From Escherichia coli (GTDB lineage Bacteria; Pseudomonadota; Gammaproteobacteria; Enterobacterales; Enterobacteriaceae): a DNA stretch of 64,000 bases. The position numbers were made by a program, and so were the translations under genes. The notes beneath the pieces are model-generated. The model ran no database searches. It saw nothing but the letters and a program-made list of their open reading frames with translations, and was not told where the DNA came from. Positions within the stretch are counted from its first letter, which is position 1. Each line of letters starts with the position of its first letter. The stretch is from NCBI RefSeq assembly GCF_044324785.1, contig NZ_CP172127.1; one strand, 5' to 3'. Of the stretch, positions 1-7,447 are shown piece by piece.

Positions 1-78
1 CCGAAGAATGCTCCGGGATGTTTATCCACGCCCGGTCGTGCTACCTTTTATGTCCTCACAACAAAAAAGGATATTTTC

Positions 79-297
79 ATGTCAGAGATAGCCGAACTTA
101 AAGAAGAATTAGCTAAAGTTAGAGCTGAATTACATACCCACAAGGCATTGCTCTTAACCATTCTTCGTGATCTTCCTCCTCAAAAAGATAAATTTCTCTT
201 GAGAATTGGAGCGTCCGTTAACGATCTGAACCGCCCAGATATTCAGGAGTTAGGCACACTCATTCAATTTTTGCGGTTGCTAAATAACCGCAAATAG
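79..297 (+). CDS. Hypothetical small coiled-coil-like protein (72 aa)
   Basis: ORF with AAGGA ~9 nt upstream of the ATG. Its 3-prime end overlaps the convergent ORF 260-634 by 38 nt. No recognisable motif. Confidence 0.3.
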   Translation: MSEIAELKEELAKVRAELHTHKALLLTILRDLPPQKDKFLLRIGASVNDLNRPDIQELGTLIQFLRLLNNRK

Positions 298-634
298 CAT
301 CAACATTAAGCCGGGTGCCGTCATGTTTATTGGCGGCATCAGTAGCTATTTGTAATATTTTTCTGACGTCATCAATACTTGTTCCCCGGGTTGTTTCGCA
401 CAGACTTTTGTCAATTGCGCAGAAAACTTCAAAAACTCCCGTAGCCAATTTTTCCCGTTCATCTGCTTTCAGAGTGATGACCGGAGAATATAGCGTAGTA
501 AAGGCTTCTCTGATTTCCTGCGCCATAGCTACTGGTGATTTTGTTTCGCAAAGCTGGGTGCTGAACTGCATCCGGTCACTCAGTAGATGAGCGGCGATCA
601 CCTGAATTTGTTGCGGTAAAGATTTAAATTCCAT
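260..634 (-). CDS. Hypothetical acidic protein (124 aa), first gene downstream of the predicted leftward early promoter
   Basis: ATG at 634 preceded by GGAG (minus strand ...gtcaGGAGtaccaaacgATG). Lies ~100 nt downstream of the PL-like promoter at 737-765. No Arg-rich N-type motif seen. Confidence 0.55.
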   Translation of the reverse strand: MEFKSLPQQIQVIAAHLLSDRMQFSTQLCETKSPVAMAQEIREAFTTLYSPVITLKADEREKLATGVFEVFCAIDKSLCETTRGTSIDDVRKILQIATDAANKHDGTRLNVDAICGYLATAKIE

Positions 635-736
635 CGTTTGGTACTCCTGACACACTGGTCTGGGTTGCCCTTATCGCCGGGTAGCGGAACGTGTTTCTGA
701 ACAACTGCCGCTGGGTAAGCGTTGTTGATGAAAGCG

Positions 737-765
737 ACTTTACAATTTGTATTTGTAATGGTCAA
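737..765 (-). promoter_or_regulatory. PL-like leftward early promoter (TTGACC-17 nt-TAAAGT)
   Basis: Minus strand reads TTGACC (765-760), a 17-nt spacer, then TAAAGT (742-737). The spacer is filled by the operator-like inverted repeat at 740-758. Confidence 0.55.
740..758. promoter_or_regulatory. OL-like operator, TTACAA-N7-TTGTAA
   Basis: ttacaa tttgtat ttgtaa. Same 19-bp inverted-repeat architecture as the two sites at 1333-1370. Confidence 0.55.
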
Positions 766-884
766 TGTATTTTTAAAAAATAATTTGTAGTTAGGGGCAA
801 AAAAATATTCACTGTGTAAAGGTGTTTTTGTGTTAGGGGGAAAGTTGCATGCCAGCAGCGGCTGGCCTGGAAATTTGAACTGAA

Positions 885-1298
885 CTATTTTGTCTGGTTT
901 TTGGCTTCAAGTAGTTCTTTTAGCAGTAGATCGAAGTGCTCTCTTTTTTCTTTTAGCTCATTGATTAGTTTATTTTTTTCGCTCTCAGGCAGTCCTCTGA
1001 ATAGTTGCAGTAGAGCCTGTTCTTGTGGGGTTAGTTCTTGATTGTAATTACCGGGGTGTAGCGTGGATTCATCCAAATATTCTCCTTCATTCATGAAGAA
1101 AAAATGAACAGGGTATCCGGTCACTTTTGCTAGCTTGTCTAATTTATCTTTTCTTGGCGTTACCCCATTACACCATGCCTGAACTGATTGAGCTGTAACC
1201 CCAATATGGCGAGCTAACTCAGATTGAGACCAGCCTAAGTCTTTTAGAATCCGTTGTAGTCGGCTAGCAAAAGCCATGTTTTTCGTTTTTGTGTTCAT
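885..1298 (-). CDS. Prophage repressor, XRE/HTH_3 family (CI-like), no S24 autopeptidase domain
   Basis: HTH segment WSQSELARHIGVTAQSVQAWCNG. Divergent from a cro-like gene across operator repeats. C-terminal heptad-like tail. The ORF opens at a TTG (1313); ATG 1298 (MNTKTKN) or 1277 (MAFAS) are more likely starts. Confidence 0.8.
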   Translation of the reverse strand: MNTKTKNMAFASRLQRILKDLGWSQSELARHIGVTAQSVQAWCNGVTPRKDKLDKLAKVTGYPVHFFFMNEGEYLDESTLHPGNYNQELTPQEQALLQLFRGLPESEKNKLINELKEKREHFDLLLKELLEAKNQTK

Positions 1299-1332
1299 AC
1301 CGTAAGGATACAAGGTTTAATTGTAGGGAGCA

Positions 1333-1370
1333 TTGCAAATATAATTTGTAATTACAGTTATGATTTGTAA
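1333..1370. promoter_or_regulatory. OR-like operator pair (two abutting TTRCAR-N7-TTGTAA sites) within the divergent repressor/cro promoter region
   Basis: 1333-1351 is ttgcaa atataat ttgtaa. 1352-1370 is ttacag ttatgat ttgtaa. Both lie in the 83-bp gap between the divergent HTH genes. Confidence 0.6.
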
Positions 1371-1396
1371 TGATGGCGCGGACACAAGGAGTCCAT

Positions 1397-1627
1397 ATGG
1401 ATAAACAACTGCAAGACAAAATTCTTTCCGTAATGAGTCAATCAGAGTTAGGTCGGCGATTAGGGAAAAAACCACAAACTGTGAGCCTCTGGTTCAAAGG
1501 ACGGGTTCCCGGTGAAGAGGTTTTGCGCACATCTGAAGCTCTTGAATGGCGCGTGACCCCTCATGATCTTAGACCGGATCTTTACCCAAACCCAGATGAC
1601 AGCTTGCCTAAAACGGAAGCAGCTTAA
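1397..1627 (+). CDS. Cro-like / YdaS-family HTH protein
   Basis: AAGGAG 7 nt upstream of ATG 1397. Motif SQSELGRRLGKKPQTVSLWFKGRVP resembles Rac YdaS/Cro-type proteins. Position is divergent from the repressor. Confidence 0.75.
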   Translation: MDKQLQDKILSVMSQSELGRRLGKKPQTVSLWFKGRVPGEEVLRTSEALEWRVTPHDLRPDLYPNPDDSLPKTEAA

Positions 1628-1685
1628 CTGTTGGTGAGCCCCAAATCTGATTAAGCGTAATCAATTTTTAGCGACAGGAGACGCT

Positions 1686-2162
1686 ATGGAAAACCCAGAG
1701 GAATTACAAAAAGAGATTTTGACCTGGGCGGCAAGGGCAGGGCAGGAACTCGTCACGATTGAAATCTGCCGGGCCTGGTTCAGTCAGGGACGCAATGATG
1801 AGTTGAGACTACATGAATTTGAGGACGCGGACGGCAACGTGGACTGGAGAGCCATCAACAACAATCGGCAGAAAATCTTTCGCTGGTTACGTGGCGAGAC
1901 AACGGCGGCGCGCCGAAAAACTCAGGTGCTGGCCAGTGTGATGAAAGCCGTGCTACCCGCAGAACGGCGTGCGCGTCTGGAGTCGCCGGGCGATCCTGTT
2001 TTGCTGGCAACGCTGGCGGCAAAAGAAGGGGTGGAAGCGATTAACGCTGTACATCTCCACTTCGCGCCAGAGATAACTATTCAGGAAATTGACGAAGCAA
2101 TAGCGGCGCTGGTAGCGACGCGAGGGGCAGTGATAAGCACTGCGCAAGGCCATCATGCATGA
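1686..2162 (+). CDS. YdaT-like protein (CII-position regulator)
   Basis: Segment NRQKIFRWLRGETTAARRKTQVLASVMKAVLPAERRARL parallels Rac YdaT (NIYHRWLKGETKTQREKIQKLIPAILAILPRELRHRL). Immediately follows the cro/ydaS-like gene. Confidence 0.7.
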   Translation: MENPEELQKEILTWAARAGQELVTIEICRAWFSQGRNDELRLHEFEDADGNVDWRAINNNRQKIFRWLRGETTAARRKTQVLASVMKAVLPAERRARLESPGDPVLLATLAAKEGVEAINAVHLHFAPEITIQEIDEAIAALVATRGAVISTAQGHHA

Positions 2163-2201
2163 GCGCCTGACCAGCGTTTAACTTATACCGAGGAAAGACC
2201 G

Positions 2202-2426
2202 ATGTTAAGACATATTGACCGCATTACCTGGCGTAACGGCTGGCACCTGAATGGACGCCCGGCACATGTTGCAGAGATCCGCCCCATATTCGATGGCCGC
2301 GTCGCAGCTGCACGTTCTGTATGGGAAAAGTACGAAGAAGAAAAAGCGAAACTGCGTGAGCAAAATCTCTCTGGCGCTGCCTATGAGGCTGGCTGTCGCG
2401 TTCTCTCAGAGGCTTTGGGCATATGA
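2202..2426 (+). CDS. Hypothetical phage protein (74 aa)
   Basis: ORF with GAGGAAAG RBS supplied by a conserved 40-bp junction sequence. Stop overlaps the next start (ATGA). Confidence 0.55.
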   Translation: MLRHIDRITWRNGWHLNGRPAHVAEIRPIFDGRVAAARSVWEKYEEEKAKLREQNLSGAAYEAGCRVLSEALGI

Positions 2427-3190
2427 ACATCCTCCCGTTACTTGATAGACCCATAGCCTTCCAGAGAAGTTTTATCCGTCTTGAAATTGGCGTGACTGCC
2501 GCATTGTTTCTGTCGCAGTTGACGTACTGGACAAACAGAACAACTGACGACGGCTGGGTGTATAAAACCCAGGATGAGTGGGAAGAGGAAACAGGGCTTT
2601 CACGATACGAGCAGGAGGGCGCCCGCAAAAAACTACGTGGTCTCGGCGTCTTGCTGGAACGTAAACAGGGCTTGCCTGCCAGGCTGTACTACAAAATCGA
2701 TAATGATGTGTTGTGCCAGCTACTTACGTCCGCATACAAGGATGCGGAAAAACCACATACAGGTGAGGGGAAAACCACCAGGCCTGTACGTGGAAAACCA
2801 ACAAACATTCTTACAGAGAATACAACAGAGATTACTACAGAGATTATTACTGATGGTGAATCGGCTGACGCCGACACCCAACAACCTGCCGACCAGAGAA
2901 TAAATTATCAGGTGATACTCGATACCTATCACGAGATTTTGCCAGAGATGCCACCAGTGAAAATCCTCACTGACGGCAGAAAAAAACACCTTCGCACTTT
3001 CTGGAAAAAATTCAATTTCAATGAGTCCCGTTGGCGGGCCTATCTGGAATTTATCGGTGGCAATTGTCGCTGGATGCTGGAGGACAGGCCAAATGGCAGG
3101 GGAGGATTCTGGCGGCGTAAAAATCTTGATTATCTGATTACCGAACGCTGCTACGTTTCGGTTAAGGAAGAACGCGCAAATGATAAATAA
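2423..3190 (+). CDS. Replication initiator, lambda O-like position (N-terminal winged-helix-like region, internal iterons)
   Basis: Sits directly upstream of, and overlaps, the DnaB-like helicase gene. Contains three 12-bp direct repeats mid-gene, as in ori-within-O arrangements. Family assignment by context only. Confidence 0.6.
   Translation: MNILPLLDRPIAFQRSFIRLEIGVTAALFLSQLTYWTNRTTDDGWVYKTQDEWEEETGLSRYEQEGARKKLRGLGVLLERKQGLPARLYYKIDNDVLCQLLTSAYKDAEKPHTGEGKTTRPVRGKPTNILTENTTEITTEIITDGESADADTQQPADQRINYQVILDTYHEILPEMPPVKILTDGRKKHLRTFWKKFNFNESRWRAYLEFIGGNCRWMLEDRPNGRGGFWRRKNLDYLITERCYVSVKEERANDK
2813..2848 (+). repeat. 3 x 12-bp direct repeats ACAGAGAWTAYW (candidate ori iterons)
   Basis: acagagaataca / acagagattact / acagagattatt at 2813, 2825 and 2837. 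They encode TENTTEITTEII. Confidence 0.45.
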
Positions 3191-4595
3191 CGCGATTGCA
3201 CTGTACAGCGTTGACGCAGAACAGGCTGTTCTGGGCTGTCTGATGCTGAATACCGACCACGACAGAACCAATGCGGTATTTGCGTTACTGAAACCGGAAA
3301 CGTTTTATATCAATGCGCATCAGGTTATCTACCGGGAGATCAAAGGATTATTTCAAGCTGATAAACCAACTGACCTGATAACACTGACCGAACTGATGGA
3401 ATCGAAGGGGCTGTATGAGCGCGTGGGGGGATTCGCATACCTGGCTGAAATGAGTAAGGCGGCGATACCGGCCTCAATGGTCAACTACGCGAAAATTGTA
3501 CGTGAAAAAGCCATTCTTCGTTACGCCGTGGAAAAGTTGAATTCTTGTCTGGAGATTATGACCCAGCCTGCAGATATGACTGCTACTGACAGGATCAGCA
3601 CCGTTCAGCAAGTGATTGGACAGGTAGCTGAACATGCCCGTACCGGGCATAAGGGCGGTTTGCGTCCGGCAAGTGAAGTCGTCGATGACTGGATAGATGA
3701 CCTTGATCGCCGTTTCAATGATCCAGCACATGCAGCCGGACTAACGCTCGGAATCGAAAGCCTTGATCGCTTAATGGCACCAAAGCAGGCGTTAAGAGGC
3801 TCATTGGTCGTTATTGGTGCCCGGCCAAAAATGGGCAAGACAGCCGCGTTTAATAAAATTGCGGTGCATTTTGCTCTGAATCATCGTTTGCCGACGCTGG
3901 TATTTAGCCTGGAAATGACTGACAGAAGTCTCATTGAACGCATGGTTGCGCAGGAAGCAAAGGTCAATTCGGAGATTTTTTATCTTGGCCCTAACGATGA
4001 ATCTGAATTGAGTCTCGCAATAGCAAAGGCGGGGGAGATTGCCGAATCCAACATGATGATTGACAGCACGGCAGGCGTAACCCTTGCGCATATTGTCGCT
4101 GAATGCCGAAAGGTTAAGCGGATGCATGGCTCGGTTGGCCTGGTGGCAATTGACTATTTGACGCTGATGAAAACCGAAGCGGCAGAACGTCGGGATATTG
4201 CGTATGGCGATATCACAACCGGTTTGAAGAACCTGGCAAAAGAGCTGGATTGTGTTGTGGTCCTGCTGACGCAACTCAACCGAAAACTTGAAGAACGAGC
4301 AGATAAGCGGCCTAACCCGAGCGACAGTAAAGATACCGGGCAGATCGAACAAGATTGCGATGTCTGGATTGGCCTCTATCGTGATGCTGTTTATAACGAA
4401 AATGCCGACCCAAATCTCATGGAAATGTTGCTACGTCTGAACCGCGAAGGACCATCGGGAACAGCCTACGCCCTGATGAAAAATGGCTCAGTTATTGATA
4501 TCAGCGATGAGGAGGTTTATCGCCGTACCAACTACCGCTCAGAAAAAAATAAACGTTATTCCCGTAGCGATAATTCTCGCACAAATGAATTTTAA
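3180..4595 (+). CDS. Replicative DNA helicase, DnaB family
   Basis: 471 aa. N-terminal AEQAVLGCLM motif, Walker A GARPKMGKT, and the IDYLTLM and LLTQLNR motifs typical of DnaB. Confidence 0.9.
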   Translation: MINNAIALYSVDAEQAVLGCLMLNTDHDRTNAVFALLKPETFYINAHQVIYREIKGLFQADKPTDLITLTELMESKGLYERVGGFAYLAEMSKAAIPASMVNYAKIVREKAILRYAVEKLNSCLEIMTQPADMTATDRISTVQQVIGQVAEHARTGHKGGLRPASEVVDDWIDDLDRRFNDPAHAAGLTLGIESLDRLMAPKQALRGSLVVIGARPKMGKTAAFNKIAVHFALNHRLPTLVFSLEMTDRSLIERMVAQEAKVNSEIFYLGPNDESELSLAIAKAGEIAESNMMIDSTAGVTLAHIVAECRKVKRMHGSVGLVAIDYLTLMKTEAAERRDIAYGDITTGLKNLAKELDCVVVLLTQLNRKLEERADKRPNPSDSKDTGQIEQDCDVWIGLYRDAVYNENADPNLMEMLLRLNREGPSGTAYALMKNGSVIDISDEEVYRRTNYRSEKNKRYSRSDNSRTNEF

Positions 4596-4633
4596 CCACG
4601 CCTGACCAGCGTGAAATAACCGAGGAAAGACCA

Positions 4634-5044
4634 ATGACCACCACTCCAGGCAAATTAGAGTACCCGTCGGACAAAGGACACATAGACGACGGTAAAAACT
4701 ATCTCGACGTCATTTTGTGGAATATGAACGTCGGGCCACGTGCGCGCACTCGCGCGGTTTTTGTGCCAAGACCTAAAGCAGGCAATTTTTCAACCCCTGC
4801 TAAGCCTGCCCGTCAGGCATCCGTAGCCGCAGCGCCAGCAGTGAAACGTAAGGGCAAAACGCACACCGGGATCGCGATTCGCAGAAATGGTGAGCGGCAA
4901 GTAAAACTCCACGAAACAGCGACAACCTGGTGTGCTTCACCGCATGAAACTTACGACAAGATAACCGGGCAGCGCATTGGTGCGCCTGGTCGCTGTCGCC
5001 TGCTGTTGAGTTCCATCACTCCGATAGCAAAGAAAGGGGCGTGA
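4634..5044 (+). CDS. Hypothetical phage protein (136 aa, basic)
   Basis: ORF preceded by the second copy of the conserved junction/RBS sequence. Confidence 0.5.
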   Translation: MTTTPGKLEYPSDKGHIDDGKNYLDVILWNMNVGPRARTRAVFVPRPKAGNFSTPAKPARQASVAAAPAVKRKGKTHTGIAIRRNGERQVKLHETATTWCASPHETYDKITGQRIGAPGRCRLLLSSITPIAKKGA

Positions 5045-5045
5045 T

Positions 5046-5282
5046 ATGGCCGGGCAATCAGATTACCTGCCGCCCGGCTTACCACACAACCGCGCCAAAT
5101 GGCCCCAGGAATACCAGCTTAAAGAGCACTACGACATGCGAGCGGCGACGCTGATCCGCCAACTCTTTGAGAAACGTATTCCGAGGGGAAGCGTGATTGA
5201 GCAAATCGGAATGACGCCGGATACGTACCGGGAATTTTTCAGAGAGCGTCTGAACTACTGGAGAGGGGTGATGGAGCAATGA
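5046..5282 (+). CDS. Hypothetical phage protein (78 aa)
   Basis: ORF packed 1 nt after the previous stop; its stop overlaps the next start. Confidence 0.5.
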   Translation: MAGQSDYLPPGLPHNRAKWPQEYQLKEHYDMRAATLIRQLFEKRIPRGSVIEQIGMTPDTYREFFRERLNYWRGVMEQ

Positions 5283-5590
5283 AATACAAACGGTGGGTGC
5301 GTGCGGAAGTCGTAATCATCAAACAATGTGCGGGCAGCATGACAGTTGAACGTATAGGGCAGCTTATTGGAAGAACCGGTGCAGCGGTACGCACAAAAGC
5401 GCGCGAGCTGAAAATCTGTATGTATCTGCGGGGTAATTATCACCAGTCAGCAAAATACTGCCAGGAGGATATCGAGCTGGCAAGGGAATTACATCAGTCG
5501 GGTATTAATCGCCAGGATATCGCAGAAAAACTCGAAATGCCGATCGGAGCGGTGAATCAGTTTGTTTATTTTGAGCGGAGGATTTCATGA
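5279..5590 (+). CDS. Putative DNA-binding protein with two HTH-like repeats (103 aa)
   Basis: Two helix-turn-helix-like segments (TVERIGQLIGRTGAAVRTKAREL and NRQDIAEKLEMPIGAVNQFVY). Translationally coupled on both sides. Confidence 0.5.
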   Translation: MKYKRWVRAEVVIIKQCAGSMTVERIGQLIGRTGAAVRTKARELKICMYLRGNYHQSAKYCQEDIELARELHQSGINRQDIAEKLEMPIGAVNQFVYFERRIS

Positions 5591-5811
5591 AAGAACTTTT
5601 TCTGGCATTTGTGCCCCGGTTTATTAATGACCAGATCGCACTGACTGATAATGGTGAACAATATGAAATTGCCTGCAGCATGGTGGATGTGAATCCGGGC
5701 GAACGGTATGACGCGATGTGTGACCTGAAAATATTCACCTGGCTGGGTTGGGCCATTCCGTGTGGAGAACCAACAAATATTCGCCCGTTTGAGGGCAGGG
5801 AGGCTGTATGA
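5587..5811 (+). CDS. Hypothetical phage protein (74 aa)
   Basis: ORF with ATGA overlaps at both ends. Confidence 0.45.
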   Translation: MKELFLAFVPRFINDQIALTDNGEQYEIACSMVDVNPGERYDAMCDLKIFTWLGWAIPCGEPTNIRPFEGREAV

Positions 5812-5924
5812 GTGAATTGAAAATACGTCGCAAGGCAATAGCACGCGTTAAAAATCCATTACCAGTGCCCGCCGAATGCCATTTTTGTGGTGGGAATGTA
5901 CGGATTGGTACGTATGTATGGTGA
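5808..5924 (+). pseudogene. 38-codon ORF with a single CxxC (possible truncated zinc-ribbon gene)
   Basis: ATGA-coupled start. MSELKIRRKAIARVKNPLPVPAECHFCGGNVRIGTYVW then a stop; only half of a Cys4 ribbon is present. Confidence 0.3.
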
Positions 5925-5998
5925 TTGCGGAGTGACGTAAAACGAATCGTTGTGGGTGTAATATCGTCAATATCATTGGTTTCCCGGAGGGAAAGGAC

Positions 5999-6220
5999 AT
6001 GTTTGGCGATAAACTGGAGTTACCACGGAACGGGCGGATAGTGCTCTATATTTCAGATTACAAAGTAACCAGGGCTGAGGTGTTGGAACCGGAAAAACAT
6101 CTGGTCACGTTACCGGACATTATTGAGTTGTATAAGCGGGTCGGATATGTGGACTTGCATCGCGATGATGTTCCCGTTGAGTGTATGGAATGTGAACACC
6201 GGAGGTTTGAAGTTGATTGA
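5999..6220 (+). CDS. Hypothetical phage protein (73 aa)
   Basis: ORF with GGAGGGAAAGG upstream of the ATG. Confidence 0.5.
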   Translation: MFGDKLELPRNGRIVLYISDYKVTRAEVLEPEKHLVTLPDIIELYKRVGYVDLHRDDVPVECMECEHRRFEVD

Positions 6221-6310
6221 ATTGACTTAGAAAAAGCCCGGGGCTATAGTTTCCGCGCAGCCGCAAAATCGGTTGCCGGGATTGGCGTCCCGGATATCTA
6301 AGTGACGCAT

Positions 6311-6331
6311 AGCCGCGTTAGCGGTTTTTTT
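6311..6331 (+). terminator. Weak intrinsic terminator-like hairpin with a T7 run
   Basis: agccgc-gtta-gcggtt followed by ttttttt. Confidence 0.35.
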
Positions 6332-6430
6332 ATGTGTTAGGCACGGCCACATTCGCATTATGGTGGGCTGTGTGGGGGCTTCTGCGGAAGCGCCGGGTTC
6401 ACTTAGCCGGTTACGCCAACCCTGCACAGT

Positions 6431-6463
6431 TCACCACCAGATGATTGGCGTCGCTGGTGGTGA
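6431..6463 (+). promoter_or_regulatory. 10-bp perfect stem-loop abutting the start codon of the Ant-like gene
   Basis: tcaccaccag (6431-6440) pairs with ctggtggtga (6454-6463), with a 13-nt loop. The right arm carries the only SD-like GGTGG and ends at ATG 6463. Confidence 0.5.
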
Positions 6464-7137
6464 TGAAAAAAACACTAAGTGAGGCCACTGCGATGACAAT
6501 CCAAATATCTGCGGAATCCCTTTCTCCGCTACATCATAACCAACTTCCCGTCATCACTACTGAATTGCTTGCCAGTTTGTATGGCACGGAAGTAAATGGT
6601 ATCCAGCAAAACTTCAAGCGCAACATCGCCAGATTTGTCGTAGGAAAGCATTTTTTTAAGCTGGAAGGTAATGAATTACGCGACTTCAAAAACAGACTGA
6701 CAGATAGTCAGTCAGTTGCTAAACATACCCGATCCCTCATTCTCTGGACAGAACGCGGCGCAGCTCGCCATGCCAAAATGCTGGAAACAGAACAGGCCTG
6801 GGAAGTTTTCGAAAAGCTGGAAGATTGTTATTTTAGCCAGCGTCCAGAGAGGCGGAGTACAACTACCGATGACCGTACTCCCTTACGTGATGCCGTTAAT
6901 ATGCTGGTCGGTAAGAAAGGCATGATGTATCCCGATGCCTACACCATGATTCATCAACGCTTCGCCGTCTCTCACATAGAACAACTGTCACAGACGCAAA
7001 TGTTAGAGGCGATTGAATACATCCACTGCCTGCTACTCGATGAAAATCAACCAACCATTCCAGATCACCACTATCAAAAATGGAAAAGTGACCAGAATGC
7101 GCCATGTTGCCAAAGGCGAACATCTGATGACCTTTGA
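6463..7137 (+). CDS. Antirepressor-like protein with N-terminal ORF6N domain
   Basis: LPVITTELLASLYGTEVNGIQQNFKRNIARFVVGKHFFKLEGNELRDFKN matches the ORF6N pattern. Start is uncertain (6445 TTG, 6463 or 6493 ATG). The last ~30 codons overlap another frame. Confidence 0.7.
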   Translation: MKKTLSEATAMTIQISAESLSPLHHNQLPVITTELLASLYGTEVNGIQQNFKRNIARFVVGKHFFKLEGNELRDFKNRLTDSQSVAKHTRSLILWTERGAARHAKMLETEQAWEVFEKLEDCYFSQRPERRSTTTDDRTPLRDAVNMLVGKKGMMYPDAYTMIHQRFAVSHIEQLSQTQMLEAIEYIHCLLLDENQPTIPDHHYQKWKSDQNAPCCQRRTSDDL

Positions 7138-7270
7138 CGCTTTCAAAGAGATCGCTGAGCGGGCAGGGTATCTGGTGATCCACAGCGACAATCTGCGAAG
7201 TATGACACTGGATAAATTGATGGTAATGGGGAAAAAGTCTGCTGTATCCGTTGCTGATTCAGCATTTTGA
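7040..7270 (+). CDS. 76-aa ORF overlapping the Ant-like gene by 98 nt in another frame (separate gene or frameshifted C-terminus)
   Basis: MKINQPFQITTIKNGKVTRMRHVAKGEHLMTFDAFKEIAERAGYLVIHSDNL... looks protein-like. The overlapped tail of 6463-7137 (QKWKSDQNAPCCQRRTSDDL) looks like out-of-frame read-through. Confidence 0.4.
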   Translation: MKINQPFQITTIKNGKVTRMRHVAKGEHLMTFDAFKEIAERAGYLVIHSDNLRSMTLDKLMVMGKKSAVSVADSAF

Positions 7271-7298
7271 CAGGTTGAATGTTTGGCGCGGTTATACT

Positions 7299-7385
7299 CT
7301 ATTTGCGCTTAAAAAGGTATTTAGTCACAACCAGCACGAGGCCGAATACTCTGTCAAAGTACCGCCCATGTAAAACTGTAACGTA
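7299..7385 (-). pseudogene. Decayed 3-prime remnant (~28 codons) of a second copy of the two-TM gene found at 10899-11504
   Basis: ~90% identical to 10899-10986 (same orientation, offset ~3600 bp). It has a 1-nt deletion that breaks the frame. Similarity stops at 7385. Confidence 0.75.
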
Positions 7386-7447
7386 TGTACTTGATGACTA
7401 AGCTGGCACCAGGTTAACACCAGGCGCCAGCTTGAAGGAAACTTCAG

